Positions 1 to 12,847 of a DNA stretch of 64,000 nucleotides are shown here, one piece after another. Position 1 is the first letter of the stretch. Every line of letters starts with the position of its first letter. The notes under the pieces were generated by a model. It was not told where the DNA came from. It saw only the letters and a program-made list of their open reading frames with translations, and searched no databases. Source of the stretch: Malacoraja senta (lineage: Eukaryota); NCBI GenBank assembly GCA_038087875.1, contig CM076001.1:2046001-2110000 (forward strand), in the 5' to 3' direction. The translations under genes were made by a program, and so were the position numbers.

Positions 1-224
1 CGCTAATCCAGCCACCATTCCGGTAAATGAGCAACTGCGGCTCTAAAACACGCTGTTCTTATTAAATGTGTCCATCTTGCTGAATTGGCAAAGACATTCT
101 CTAATGGCGTTGCTACTGGTCACCAATTTGTACAGCCTGGTAGTTTAGTTAGTTTACATTCGTTTATGATAGGCGTCGATAGGGTAGACTTTCAAAACTT
201 TCATTTTCCCAAAGGTCGGTTCTA

Positions 225-606
225 ACCGGAATGGCTGAACTGGCAAATGTTGAAAGAATGGAGTGGCTGGGCTTGTATACACTGGAATTCAGAAGGATGA
301 GAGGATATCTTATTGAAACATATAATGTTTTTAGGGGTTTGGACACGCTGGACGCAGGAAACATGTTCCCGATGTTGGGGGAGCCCAGAACCAGGGGGCC
401 ACAGTTTAAGAATAAGTGTTAAGCCATTTAGATGGAGATGAGGAAACATTTTTTTCGCCCAGAGAATAGTGAGTCTGTGGCATTCTCTGCCTCAGAGGGC
501 GGTGGAGGCCGCTTCTCTGGATACTGTCAAGAGAGAGCTAGATAGGGCTCATGAAGATAGCGGAGTCAGGGGATATGGGAGAGGGCAGGAGCGGGGTACT
601 GATTGG
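225..606 (+). mobile_element. CR1 (HER1-like) LINE 3' fragment
   Basis: ORF 231-422 reads LGLYTLEFRRMRGYLIETY, the CR1 RT C-terminus; degenerate CR1 ORF2 end follows. Confidence 0.8.
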
Positions 607-1388
607 GGATGATGATCACTGTTGTGGGGCGTATCACTGATGGGGATGAGTCAGAGTATAGAAGAGAGATCGAGCGACTGTCCATATGGTGCCAGCACAA
701 TAACCTGGCCCTCAACGCCAGTAAAACCAATGAACTGATTGTGGACTTTGGAAGGATTAGGATGGGGACCCACAATCCCGTTTATATCATCGAGTCGATG
801 GTTGAAAGGGTCAAGAGCTTCAAATTCCTGGGTGTGCACATATCTGAAGATCTTTCCTGTTCCGAGAACACTGATGCAATTATTAAGAAGGCACATCTGC
901 GCCTCTACTTCCTGAGAAGTTTACGGACAGTCGGTTTGTCAAGGAGGACTCTCTCTTAATACTACAGGTGAACAGTAGAGAGCATGCTGACCGGTTGCAT
1001 CGTGGCTTGGTTCGGCAAATTGAGCGTCCTGGAGCGGAAAAGAATACAAAACGTAGTAAACACTGCCCAGTCCATCATCGGCTCTGACCTCCCTTCCAGC
1101 GAGGGGATCCATCGCAGTCGCTGTTTCAAAAAGGCTGGCAGCATCATCAAGGACCCACAACATCCGGGCCACACACTCATCTCCCCGCTACCTTCAGGTA
1201 GAAGGTACAGGAACCTGAAGACTGCAACCACCAGGTTCAGCAATAGCTACTTCCCCACAGCCATCAGGCTATTAAACTCGGCTCGGACAAAACTCTGAAC
1301 ATGAATAGCCCATTATATGTTTATTTGCACTTTATCAGTTTATTTATTCATGTGTGTATACATTAATATAATGATATATGGACACACT
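607..1388 (+). mobile_element. Rex1/Babar-type non-LTR retrotransposon, 5'-truncated, with stop codons
   Basis: ORFs 603-959 and 984-1298: LNASKTNELIVDF, FKFLGVHISEDLS, KAHLRLYFLR, LTGCIVAWFG, HPGHTLISPLPSGRRYR. Clade assignment from motif memory. Confidence 0.75.
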
Positions 1389-1390
1389 GA

Positions 1391-4300
1391 TAGACATAGA
1401 AATATAGAAACATAGAGAATAGGTGCAGGAGGAGGCAATTCGGCCCTTCGAGCAAGCACCGCCATTCATTGTGATCATGGCTGATCGTCGCATATCAATA
1501 ACCCGTGCCTGCCTTCTCCCCATAATCCCACGACTCCATTAGCTCATAGAGCTCTATCCAACTCTCTCTTAAATCCATCCAGCGATTTGGCCTCCACTGA
1601 CCTCTGTGGCAGGGAATTCAATAAATTTACAACTCTCTGGGTGAAAACGGTTTTTCTCACCTCAGTCTTAAATGACCCCCCCTTTATTCTAAGACTGTGG
1701 CCCCTGGATCTGGACTCGCCCAACATTGGGAATATGCTTCCTGCATCTAGCTTGTCCAGTCCTTTTATAATTTTATATGTTTCTATAAGATCGCCCCTCA
1801 TCCTTCGAAACTCCAGTGAATACAAGCCTAGTCTTTTCAATCTTTCCTCATATGATAGTCCCGCCATCCCAGGGATCAATCTCGTGAACCTCCGCTGCAC
1901 TGCCGCAATCACAACGATGTCCTTCCTCAAATTAGGAGACCAAAACTGTACACAATACTCCAGGTGTGGTCTCACTAGAGCCCTATACAACTGCAGAAGA
2001 ACCTCTTTACTCCTATACTGAAATCCTCTTGTTATGAAGGCCAACATTCCATTAGCTTTCTTCACTGCCTGCTGTGCCTGCACGCCAACTTTCAGTGACC
2101 TGTGTAGAAGGACACGCAAGTCTCGCTGTACCTTCCCCTTACCTAACCTAACCCCATTGAGATAATAATGTGCCTCCTTGTTTTTGCCGCCAAAGTGGAT
2201 AACCTCACATTTATCTATATTATACTGCATCTGCCACGCATCTGCCCACTCACTCAACCTGTCCATATCACCCTGTATCCTCCTAACATCCTCTTTACAG
2301 TTCACACTGCCACCCAGTATTGTGTCATCCGCAAACATGCTAGCGTTGCTCCTAATTCCGTCTTCCAAATCATTAATATATATGGTAAACAGTTGCGGCC
2401 CCAACACCGAGCCTTGCGGCACTCCACTCGCCACTTCCTGCCATTCTGAAAAGGACCCGTTCACTCCTACTCTTTGCTTCCGGTCTTCCAACCAATTTTC
2501 TATCCATGTCAACACCCTACCCCCGATACCATGTGCTCTAATTTTATTCACCAGTCTCCCATGCGGGGCCTTATCAAAGGCTTTCTGAAAGTCTAGATAC
2601 ACTACATCCACTGGCATCCCTTCATCCATTTTACTGGTCACATCCTCAAGAAATTCCAGAAGATTAGTCAAGCATGATTTACCTTTCATAAATCCATTTT
2701 CACTAGGACTAATCCTTTTACTGCTATCCAAATGCCCCATTATTACCTCTTTAATAATTGACTCCAGCATCTTTCCCACCACCGAAGTCAGCCTAACTGG
2801 TCAGTAATTCCCCGTTTTCTCTCTCGCTCCTTTCTTGAAAACTTGGATAACATTAGCTATCCTCCAATCCACAGGAACTGATCCTGAATCTATTGAACAT
2901 TGGAAAATGATCACTATTGCGTCCACTATTTCTAGAGCCGCCTCCCTGAGGACCCTGGGAAGCAGACCATCAGGCCCAGGGGATTTATCACCCTTCACTC
3001 CCATTAGCCTACCCAATACTATTTCACGCCTAATGAAAATTTATTTCAGTTCCTCTACCCCCTTAGATCCTCTGTCCTCCAGTACATCTGGGAGATTGTT
3101 TGTGTCTTCCTTAGTAAAGACAAATCCGAAGTACCTATTCAACTCTTCTGCCATTTCCTTGTGCCCATAATAATTTCACCCGTGTCTGCCTTCAAGGGAC
3201 CCACATTTGACTTTGCTACTATTTTTCCCTTTACATATCTTAAGAAGCTTTTACTGTCCTTCTTTATATTCCTGGCCAGCTTCCCCTCGTACTTCATCTT
3301 TTCAGCCCGTATTGCGCGTTTTGTTTCGTTCTGTTGTCCTATGAAAGTTACCCAATCCTCTGGCTTCCGGCTACTCTTTGCTGTGTTATACATCTTTTCA
3401 TTTAGTTTTATTCTATCCCTAACTATTCTTGTCAACCACGGTTGCCTCCTATCCCCCTTAGAATCTTTCTTCCTTTATGGAATGAAATGATCCTGCGTCT
3501 TCCGGATTATGCCCAGAAATTCCTGCCATTGCTGTTCCACCGTCATTCCTGCTAGGATCACTATCCAGTCTACTTTGGTCAGCTCCCCTCTCATGCCTTC
3601 ATAGTCCCCTTTGTTCAACTGCATCACTGCCACTTCCGATTTAACGTTCTCCTTCTCAAATTGAAGATTAAAACTAATCATATTATGATCACTACCTCCA
3701 AGCGGTTCCTTTACCTCGAGTTCTCTTATCATATCTGGTTCATTGGACAACACTCCATTACAACAGCTCCATTACAAGCTGCTCTAAAAATCCATCTCGG
3801 AGGCATTCTACAAATTCTCTTTCTTGGGGTCCTGAACCAACCTGATTTTCCCAGTCTACCTGCATATTGAAATCCCCCATCACCACAGTGGGATTACCTT
3901 TGTTACATGCCAGTTTTAACTCCTGCTGCAACTTACACCCTACATCCGTGCTACTATTTGGGGGTCTGTAAATAACACAAATTCGTGTCTTCTTGCCTTT
4001 ACAATTCCGCAACACAATCCACAGTGACTCTACCTCGTCAGTCCCTATGTCTTCCCTCGCAAGGGACTGAATTCCCTCCCTCACCAGCAGAGCTACCCCC
4101 CTCCTCTGCCCACCTGCCTGTCCTTTCTATAGGATGTATAACCCTGAATATTAAGTTCCCAGGCCCGATCCTCCTACTGCCACGTCTCAGTAATCTCCAC
4201 AATGTCATATCTACCAACCCCTAACTGAGCCTCAAGCTCATCTACTTTACTTCTTATACTTGGCGCATTCATATACAATACCTTTAATTCCTTACGCATC

Positions 4301-5560
4301 TCACCTTTCACATCGATCCCTATTACAATTGGCCATACTCTCCTATCCCTTTGTGAGCTTTCTTTCCCGTTAATTCTGGGGTCATTAACCATCCCTTTAC
4401 TCTCTTTCCCTTTAACTCCATCCTCGACTATCCCATTTGACACCCCACCTCCCTTATTCAGTTTAAAACCACCCGTGTAGCAGTGGCAAACCTGCCTGCC
4501 AGAATGCGGGTCCCACACCTGTTAAGATGCAATCCGTCCCTTTTCTACAGGTCCCCCTTACTCCAAAACAGATCCCAGTAATCTACGAATCTAAATCCCT
4601 GCCCCGTGCACCAGTTCCTCAGCCACACATGCAGGTCCCGTACACCCCTGTTTCTGCTCTCGCCAGCACGAGGAACTAGAAGCAAACCGGAGATAACAAC
4701 TCTGGAGGTCCTGCTTTTCAGCATTTTTCCTAGCTCTCTAAAGTCACGCTGCAGAATATTCATCCCCTTCTTTCCGACGTCGTTTGTGCCGACATGCACT
4801 ACCACTTCCGGCGGTTCACCTTCGCCCTTGAGGATTTTCTGCACTCTGTCCGTGACACCAGGAAGGCAGTACACCATCCTCGAATCCCGTCTATTGCCGC
4901 AGAAACCCCTGTCCGTACCTCTCACAATGGAGTCTCCAACTACAATGGCGTTGTCTGACGTTGGCCTCTTTGGTTTTGGCTCAACAGCCCTTTTTGCTTC
5001 GCAAGCCAGTCCGCAGCTCAGTGTGATAACGTCTTCTGTCCCGACAGCTTCTAAGTGGGTGAACCTGTTCACAAGAGGTACAACACCCGGGGACGTTTGC
5101 ATTCCATGTTTCCCTCCCTTTCTCACCGTCACCCACCTTCTCTCTTCCAGTACCTTACGTGTAACAATCTTACTGTAGGAAGAGGACCGGCTCAGTTTCT
5201 CGGACGAACCTGAGGTCATCCACTTGCTTCTCCAGTTTCTCACCACTATCCTTCAGGAGCTGTACCTGGATGTACTTCTCACATTTGTAGCAGCGGTGTC
5301 ATTGACCTCCCACATACTGCAAGCATCACACTGAATCAGCTTACCTGACATTTCCTTCTTTCGTCTCTCCCTCTCCAGCGTTTTGCGTAGCCTCCTCTCC
5401 TCAGCCTCCTCGCCGAAGACTCTCGAGCCAAAGACTCACTCTTTTCTCACAGGGCACTTCCCTCACAAGGCAGATCCCTCACTGCCGCTCCCTAAGAGCC
5501 GTCTTGCTTATATTGACTGATAAATTATCTTTGTTGCTGTAGCTTCAAAATCCACGGGAG
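1391..5560 (-). mobile_element. Near full-length degenerate CR1 LINE (ORF1 esterase, APE endonuclease, RT)
   Basis: RT ORF 1544-2782 (YLDFQKAFD, GVPQGSVLGP, FADD); endonuclease 3758-4084 (VIYRPPNS, MGDFN); ORF1 4545-5246 (VVGDSIVRG, VHVGTND); native ORF1 ATG near 5351 (MSGKLIQCDAC); CATAGAAA-type tail at 1391. Confidence 0.93.
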
Positions 5561-7889
5561 TTCTGAGTAAAGTCTGCCTGTGCTTTGCCTCTCCTTTTCA
5601 ACTCGTTCCCCGCTCTGACTCACTTCTAACTCTCCTCCCACTCGGGCTAGAGCCAATCAGTGTTTTCTCCTGATCTGTTCTGTAGTCATGCCTACTATGT
5701 TCTGATGTGCTGAAGCAAAGCAAGAATTTCATTGTCCTATCAGGGACACATGACAATACATTCTCTTGAATTTTAAATCTTGAATGATCACATTGAATGG
5801 CGGTGTTGGCTCGAAGGGCCGAATGGCCTACTGCTTCGCCGAATGTCTATTGAAAAGGAGCTAATCAGCTATCTTCCAACCGTCTTATTTGCAGGAATTT
5901 CTCTCTCTGTTTCCAGACCCAGAAACTAATTTACTGCACAAACACATGTGTTACTGTTTAAGCTAGGGGGCTCGACTGTTGCAAGTAAATTAACAGGCAC
6001 AATCCTCGGCAACGTGCAGGCTCTGCGATCGTTTCGTTGAACAGCTCAGCTCAATTCGCCTAAAACTGCTTGATCTCCCGCTTGCTAAACACTTTAACTC
6101 CCCCTTCCATTCCACACTGACCTCTCTGGGGTGGGTCTCCTGCATTGTTGGAGGAGTCAAAATTGTCCCCTCTTACTTTTTACTCGAATCTGCTTGATAA
6201 CGTACCCTGCTTCTGCAAAGTATTTTACACTTCAACCGCGTGGAGAGTTTACGAATGGCAACGGCGTTTTTAAACCCCTTGCCTACCGTTCCTCCTCATT
6301 CTGTTGCTCAAACTGCAGACGGTCAGACAAACCCTGGCGGTCAATAGAGCCCGCGGGAGACTCCGGGCTGAGAATAATGGAGCAAACAGTGAACTAGCAA
6401 TGAAGAACAGAGGAATGTCCATCATCTTACTGATGGCAATCTAGTGAAGCTGTATCGTGTTGCGTTCGCCTTACCTTGTAAATGTTATATTTGTAAAAGT
6501 TACAAGCATTAGCTGTGCTAGCCGGTTTAATGCCACTGATCCAAAGTTTAACCTCCAAGAAAGTGGATGCATTTTGGTGCTTCTGAACTCCACCAACTCG
6601 TGCATTTATGAAGGGACGCAGGCAAAATTCCGAGAGTATTTGAAGAATACGGCTAAATACCCCCTGGGTCTATTTAGACGAATGTTTACATATTATGAAC
6701 GTCTCTAAAGTAAGCGGGTGATTTACATTTTTATTTTCACTAACACAGTTAATGCGAGTGAACTCATAAGCGAGGGTGTTATATGGTGATATGGTTATGT
6801 CATTGGGGCAGTCAAGAAGACCTGTAGAATATTTCGAGCTAAATTTCCATTAAAGTTTACCTATATATCCTGTTCACTCTTTTAAGCGAATGTCGACGGT
6901 ATTGGGCAGAAAATAATTTGTTTGGGGGCACTAATTTGTAGTGAATCTAATAGGATGCGGTGTTGCTTCAGTGGGGAAGGAGGGAGCTAGTTGCAGTTCT
7001 ATACGTAACCGCGCGAGGGCGCGTTCCTTTTAGAACTGGTATTTCACAGTTGCATCCGATGAAATCAGTGCTTCGTTGTATTGTCTTCGAGTAACACATC
7101 TAGTACCTGTTCTTTTACACAAAGACCCCTTATAGAAATTTAAATCTCTGGTAAAATAACATTTTAATGGCATATATCAAGGCCACTAATCAAGTCATTC
7201 TGATGTATATTAAATTGGACTTAGAGATTCCTGTCATTAAAAATCGACGTCTGACATGTTCTTCATTTTAGTCCATGTTACATTGTGCAGCTTACACTGA
7301 GTGATGCAATGAAGCCCGGGTAACTGATCGTATAGATGTATACCCTATTTTCTTAGAAGCATGCTGTTCACGTGCTGGTCGTACATTGTTGGAACAAACT
7401 CATCTCGTTTGTGATTGCAAATAAAATTTGACGGCCCAGATATTTAACTTTCTATTATTTTAATTGGGACAATGGAGTGAGGCAGGAATATACAGTGGAC
7501 TGCGCCTTGTTTCACACCGCGCCGTGAGCTTTTCTGGTATTTCTGTTCCAGGCACTCCCAATTCTATGTCCCATAATACACTGTCAGGACTGGTCACATG
7601 TGGAGCCCGGGTCCCTCTGTGCAGCCTCATCAAATACATTCCCATTCAATTCCCCCATGGATCACATTCAGCGACTTGGTTCCAAGTCATAAAATGATAT
7701 AGCACGTAAACAGACCCTTCGGTCGAACGTCCATGCCGATCAAAATGTCCCATTCCAGGTAATCACATTTGCCCGCGGTCCCCGTTAAATCAATCCTATC
7801 CATTTACCCGCTCAAATGTATTTCAAATAGTATTATACTTCCTGTCTCAACTAACTCCGCTGGCAGTTAGTTCCTTGTAGACAACAGAC

Positions 7890-8590
7890 TAAAGACAATA
7901 TACAATAGGTGCAGGAGTAGGCCATTCGGTTATTTGAGCCAGCACCGCCATTCACTGTGATCATGGCTGATCATCCACATTCAGTGCCCCGTTCCTGCCT
8001 TCTCACCATATCCGCTGACCCCGCTATCTTTAAGAGCTCCATCTAAATCTCTCTTGAAAATATCCAGAGAATTCACCTCCACTGCTTTCTCAGTCAGCGA
8101 ATTCCACAGATTCACAACACACTTAGTGAAAAAGTTTTCCCTCATCTCCGTTCGAAATAGCCTACAGCTTATTCTTAAATTGTGGCCCCTAGTTCTGGAC
8201 TCTCTCAACATCGGGAACATGGTTCCTGCCTCCAGCGTGTCCAATCCCTTAATAATAATTTATGTTTCAATAAGATCCCAACTCATCTTACTAAATTCCA
8301 GTGTATACAGGCCCATCCGCTCGATTCTATCCACATATGACAGTCCAGCCATCCCGGGAATGAACCTCGTGAACGTATGGCGCACTCCTTCACTAGCATG
8401 AATGCCGTTCCTCAATTCTGGAGACCAAAACTGCACACATTACTCCAGGTGTGGTCTCATTAGGGCTCTGAACAACTGCAGAAGGACCTCTTGCTCCTAT
8501 ACTCAGTTCCTCTTGTTATGATGGCCAACTTGCAATTATCATTCTCCACTGCTCCTGTACCTGCATGCTTACTTTCAGTGAACATCACCT
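7890..8590 (-). mobile_element. CR1 3' fragment
   Basis: ORF 7981-8244 gives the CR1 ORF2 C-terminus (NLWNSL...GTGH); 3' UTR 'ggtgcaggagtaggccattcgg' at ~7907. Confidence 0.85.
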
Positions 8591-8744
8591 TCTCAAGTGC
8601 AAACGTTTCCCTCATACACTCAGCCTCCAGCGCTCAAGATATCAGAGATCCGCCGTGGAAACAGGCGGATCTCTGATTACCAACCGATCTCTGATTACCA
8701 ACGCTTACCAACGATCACCAACAGTAGCACTATCCTACAAGCTA

Positions 8745-8952
8745 GAGACAAGTTACAATTAACAGACGTTAAAAATAAACTATATTTCTGTACGTATTTC
8801 TAGTCTGGGAGGGAAACGGATCACCCGGAGAAAACCCAGGCAGTCATCGGGAGAACTTGCTAAATCGCTATTGACAGCACCGTACTCAGGTTCTAATCCG
8901 GGTGTCTGACACTGTAAGGGAGCAACTCTACCGCTACGATACAATGCCGCCC
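8745..8952 (-). mobile_element. tRNA-derived SINE (HE1/V-SINE-like), degenerate
   Basis: Reverse complement begins GGGCGGCATTGTATCGTAGCGGTAGAGTTGCT...CCCGGATTAG (A/B-box-like) and contains GGTTTTCTCCGGGTG. Confidence 0.7.
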
Positions 8953-9868
8953 AATTCAGTCCTACCCAGCTCAACGGATCCTTTTTGCGTAGTCGCTCGC
9001 GGGAGTATAGTAGAGCTGTGATCTGGAACAACCTTCTAGTGAAGGCGTTGTCATGTTGCTGTTCTGGGAGAATTCCAAGACTATAGCGATGCAGAGAAGT
9101 AGTTCAGTACCGGCTCATTGAGCTCATTGAGCACAAACAGTAATCACTGCTTTAAGGTATTTGCACATTTGCGCAGTCGCCCATTGGGAAAGGCGCCAGG
9201 CGTATTTAAAGTGTTTAATTTTACAGCCCTCACGTGAATATCCATCAGGGGATTTACTTTAGCAGTTGCTGTAGCTACGCATCTGGTGTCCAGTGATATA
9301 TCCAGCGACTCAGATCTGGATTACTCAGCAGGGCCCAATGGTGAACCACCCATCTGCATTACTGCTAATCCGCCATTTGCGGTAGTATATTTTGGTTTAT
9401 ACACTCTTCCTATTCTTCCCGCGCCCCGGACGATTTTGCTGCTATTAGTGAAGGCCAATCACCACCTGAAATTAGAAAGTCTGCCAGGGTGTCGGTTAAG
9501 TGGAATTGTTTAACGTAATTCTGACAATTCAGGGCCAGCCCATCCTCCATCCAGTGACACCCTCGTTTCTATAATTCTGCATTTATTAAGCAGGCTATCC
9601 AGAACTGAGAGGGAGTGAAACAGAACAAACGTTTCAAATCTGTGGTCACATTTCCGATCCCGCTGCCAAGTGTCTTAAGAGCTCTTGTAATTCTCTGCAG
9701 CTAGCGGCTAATGATATGGAAACGGATTCCGGAGAAGCAGCTCGCAGTTGCAAACAATAAATCCACCAGGACACCTGCACAGAATGAAAGCAAACCGACA
9801 ACTGAGAGAGAACAGGAAAGCAGGCACATTCAACCGCATCAGCGGAGCAGAGAACAAGACAAAGGCGA

Positions 9869-9906
9869 TGTTTTTCTAAGGGGCTTAACTTCTTCCCATC
9901 ACTGTG
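9869..9906 (-). promoter_or_regulatory. V(D)J recombination signal sequence, 23-type (22-nt spacer), weakened nonamer
   Basis: CACAGTG at 9906-9900, spacer 9899-9878 (22 nt), nonamer AGAAAAACA at 9877-9869. Confidence 0.88.
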
Positions 9907-10372
9907 CGCCTCAGTGCGCAGTAATAGACTGCAGAGTCGCTGAGATCCAGCCCTGAGATACTCAAGCTGGTGAACTTAGTCGCGGTATTGAGCACAATAG
10001 AGATACGAGTATCAACGTATTGGGCCTTATATTCATATTTATTGGTGTCTCTCAACATAGTAAATTCGGGCTGCATGCCTCGTTATTGTCGGTACCATAA
10101 TAAAGTGTATCCAGTCCATGTGGTATCATAGTTACAGGTTAAAGTCACCGCTTCTCCTTTTGTCTTCTTCGCCGAGGGCAGTGGCTGTGTGACAGATTCT
10201 CCGTGAATCGTGACTGTAAAATAAATATATTGAGATAGTAACAGACACCCGAGTGCCATGAGATTGCACTTCTCAAAACCGGACTGAGAATGGCGAGGGG
10301 AACTGAAATATTTTATCCAGAATTACCTGTCAGAAATGCTCCCCACCCAACACAGATGCCGAGGAAACGCAT
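9907..10372 (-). pseudogene. TCR alpha/delta-type V segment pseudogene
   Basis: Leader exon 10372-10327 (MRFLGICVGWGAFLT), GT..AG intron 10326-10214, V exon 10213-9907 (ESVTQ...TLTC...WYRQ*...DSAVYYCAL) with TAA at 10085-10083. Confidence 0.92.
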
Positions 10373-10759
10373 TTTACCCGTTCACTCTGTACTAGGTGAG
10401 TTCCAAACTTGAAGAGACACAAACTGGAGCGTTTTCTCAGTCAAAGACCGTCTTCTGGTCTCTGGATGTTCGCTGTCACTGCCCTGTGCCCCCCAGTGAT
10501 GGAGTCAGAGATGTGGGTGGGCAGCGGGGCCTCAGCCAATTGAAATACACGTAGCCGGAATCCAGCTTTCCCCCCGAGAGTAGTCGCATCCGCTTGAACA
10601 AACCGTGGTTGAGGAAGACATATTTGTTCTTGTAACCGGTAGTGAAGGTGCGAAGCCTGAGATTGTTAAAAGGAACAATAATAATGTGCATATTCACAAA
10701 TGGAATAGATCAGGTAAACTCACAGAGTCTCTTGGTCAGATTAGGGGGATCGAGAAACA

Positions 10760-11045
10760 GAGAACATAGATATAAGGTGAGTGGGGAGGAAGATTTATAG
10801 AGAGCAGAAGGGTAACTTTTTCATATAAAGGGGGCTTGGCGTATGGAACGAGCTGCCGGAGGTAGTAGTTAAGGCAGGCACAATCGCAAAGTTTAAGAAG
10901 AACTTTGACATGTACATGGATAGAACAGATGTTGAGGGATATGGGCGAAACGCATGCAGGTAGGACTCGTGTAGATGGAACATGTTGACCCTGTGGGCAA
11001 GTTGGGCCGAAGGGTGTGTTTCCACGCTGTAAGACTCTATGATGC
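10760..11045 (+). mobile_element. CR1 3' terminal fragment
   Basis: 'gtatggaacgagctgccggaggtagtag...gggccgaagggtgtgtttccacgctgt' is a typical CR1 ORF2 end and 3' UTR; paralog at ~50310-50610. Confidence 0.7.
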
Positions 11046-11329
11046 CATGATTCTAAAAAAACATCACAGTATTAACGGCACCCGTCCAAAGGCGACAGGG
11101 AGTGGACATTTGTGCAGTCGCTTCGGCAGTGTCGCGAAAATGGGAGTTATTACGATGTTTTGATGTTTTCTTTGAGAAATGCACGTGATTTCTATATGAA
11201 GTAAATTGCAAGCAAATCCAGAAAGATGTGCAAGGAGCCATTTTCAATCAATGTTTTCAGTTCCACTCACGTTCATCTGCCATGTTTTGGCATATGACAT
11301 TCATTCCTGAGGACCTCATCCTACCGAGT

Positions 11330-11592
11330 CCACGCCGACCATCGATGACCCGATCACTTTCGGTCAGTGCTATTCCACTTTCCCATCTATTCCTTACACA
11401 CTTGGTGCATGTTTACAGAGGCCAATTAACCTAAAATATCACACGTATTTGGGATACGGGAGGAAATCAGAGCACCTGGACGATACCGACACGGTCACAG
11501 CGAGACGGGAAAACTCCACTCAGACATCACCCGACGATAGGATTGATCCCGTGTATCTGAAGCTTTGAGGCAGCAGCTGCGCCACTGTACCG
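11330..11592 (-). mobile_element. tRNA-derived SINE (HE1-like), degenerate
   Basis: 'ggccaattaaccta...cacggtcacagcgagacgggaaaactcc...gcagcagctgcgccactgtacc' is the reverse complement of the SINE body; paralog at ~50870-51140. Confidence 0.65.
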
Positions 11593-11710
11593 CTCTGAAT
11601 TTTAACCACAGCTAGCCGCAAACTAGGTTTGGAATTTCCATGAGTTGCAGCAGTATATCGAGTGGTCTGGTGATCTGCATTCTGCGCACAAACCGCTGCT
11701 GCCTGGATTC

Positions 11711-12847
11711 TGCAAACTTAAAGCACACGGTATTGGGGGATCAGTATTGATGTGGATAGAGAACTGGCTGGCAGACAGGAAGCAAAGAAAAGGAGTAAAC
11801 GGGTCCTTTTCAGAATGGCAGGCAGCGACATGTGGGGTACCGCAAGGCTCATTGCTGGGACTCCAGCTATTTACAATATATATTAATGATTTGGACCAGG
11901 AATTTGAATGCAACATCTCCAAGTTTGCGGATGACACGAAGCTGGGGGCCAGTGTTAGCTGTGAGGAGGATGCTAGGATGCTGCAAGGTGACTTGGATAG
12001 GTTGGGTAAGTGGGCAAATGCATTGCAGATGCAGTATAATGTGGATACATGTGAGGTTATCCACTTTGGTGGCAAGAACAGGAAAGTAGACTATTATCTG
12101 AATGATGGCCGATTAGGAAGAGGGGAGATGGAACGAGAACTGGCTGTCATGCTACACCAGTCATTGAAAGTAGGCATGCAGGTGCAGCAGGCACCGAAGA
12201 AAGCGAATGGTGTGTTAGCATTCATAGCAAAAGGATTTGAGTATAGGAGCAGGGAGGTTCTACTGCAGTTGTACAGGGCCTTGGTGAGACCACACGTACA
12301 GTTTTCGTCTCCTAATCTGACGAAATACATTGTTGCCATAGAGGGAGTACAGAGAAGGTTCATCAGACTGATTCCTGGGATGGCAGGACTTTCATATGAA
12401 GAAAGACTTGATAGACTGGGCTTGTACTCGCTGGAATTTAGAAGATTGAGGGGAACTTATAGAAACTTACAAAATTCTTAAGGGGTTGGACAGGCTAGAT
12501 GCAAGAAGATTGTTCCCGATGTTGAGGAAGTACAGAACAAGGGGTCACCGTCTAAGGATAAGGGGGAAGTCTTTTAGGACGGAGATGAGAATATTTTTTT
12601 TCACACAGAGAGTGGTGAATCTGTGGAATTCTCTGCCACAGAAAGTAGTTGAGGCCAGTTCATTGGCTATATCTAAGAGGGAGTTAGATGTGGCCCTTGT
12701 GGCTAAAGGGATCAGGGGCTGTGGAGAAAAGGAAGGTACAGGATACTGAGTTGGATGATCAGCCATGATCATATTGAATGGCGGTGCAGGCTCGAAGGGC
12801 CGAATGGCCTACTGCTGCACCTATTTTCTATGTTTCTATGTTTCTAT
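11711..12847 (+). mobile_element. 5'-truncated CR1 insertion present only in duplication copy A
   Basis: RT ORFs 11645-12481 and 12486-12749; (TTTCTATG)n tail; GATTC at 11706-11710 and 12848-12852; empty site 'ctagattcggttcgt' at ~51297-51311. Confidence 0.9.

Noticed and set aside
1587-2588. Recurrent plus-strand ORFs (MFLPPKWITSH..., MASTDLCGR...) seen many times in the window
   Set aside because: Antisense shadow frames of CR1 RT.
6457-6708. 83-aa ORF kept open in both duplicate copies
   Set aside because: No recognisable motif; ~98% DNA identity explains the retention; starts differ.
8960-9860. Possible D, J or C segments downstream of the V RSS
   Set aside because: No 12-type RSS, FGxG motif or convincing C1 domain found on manual translation; frames contain many stops.
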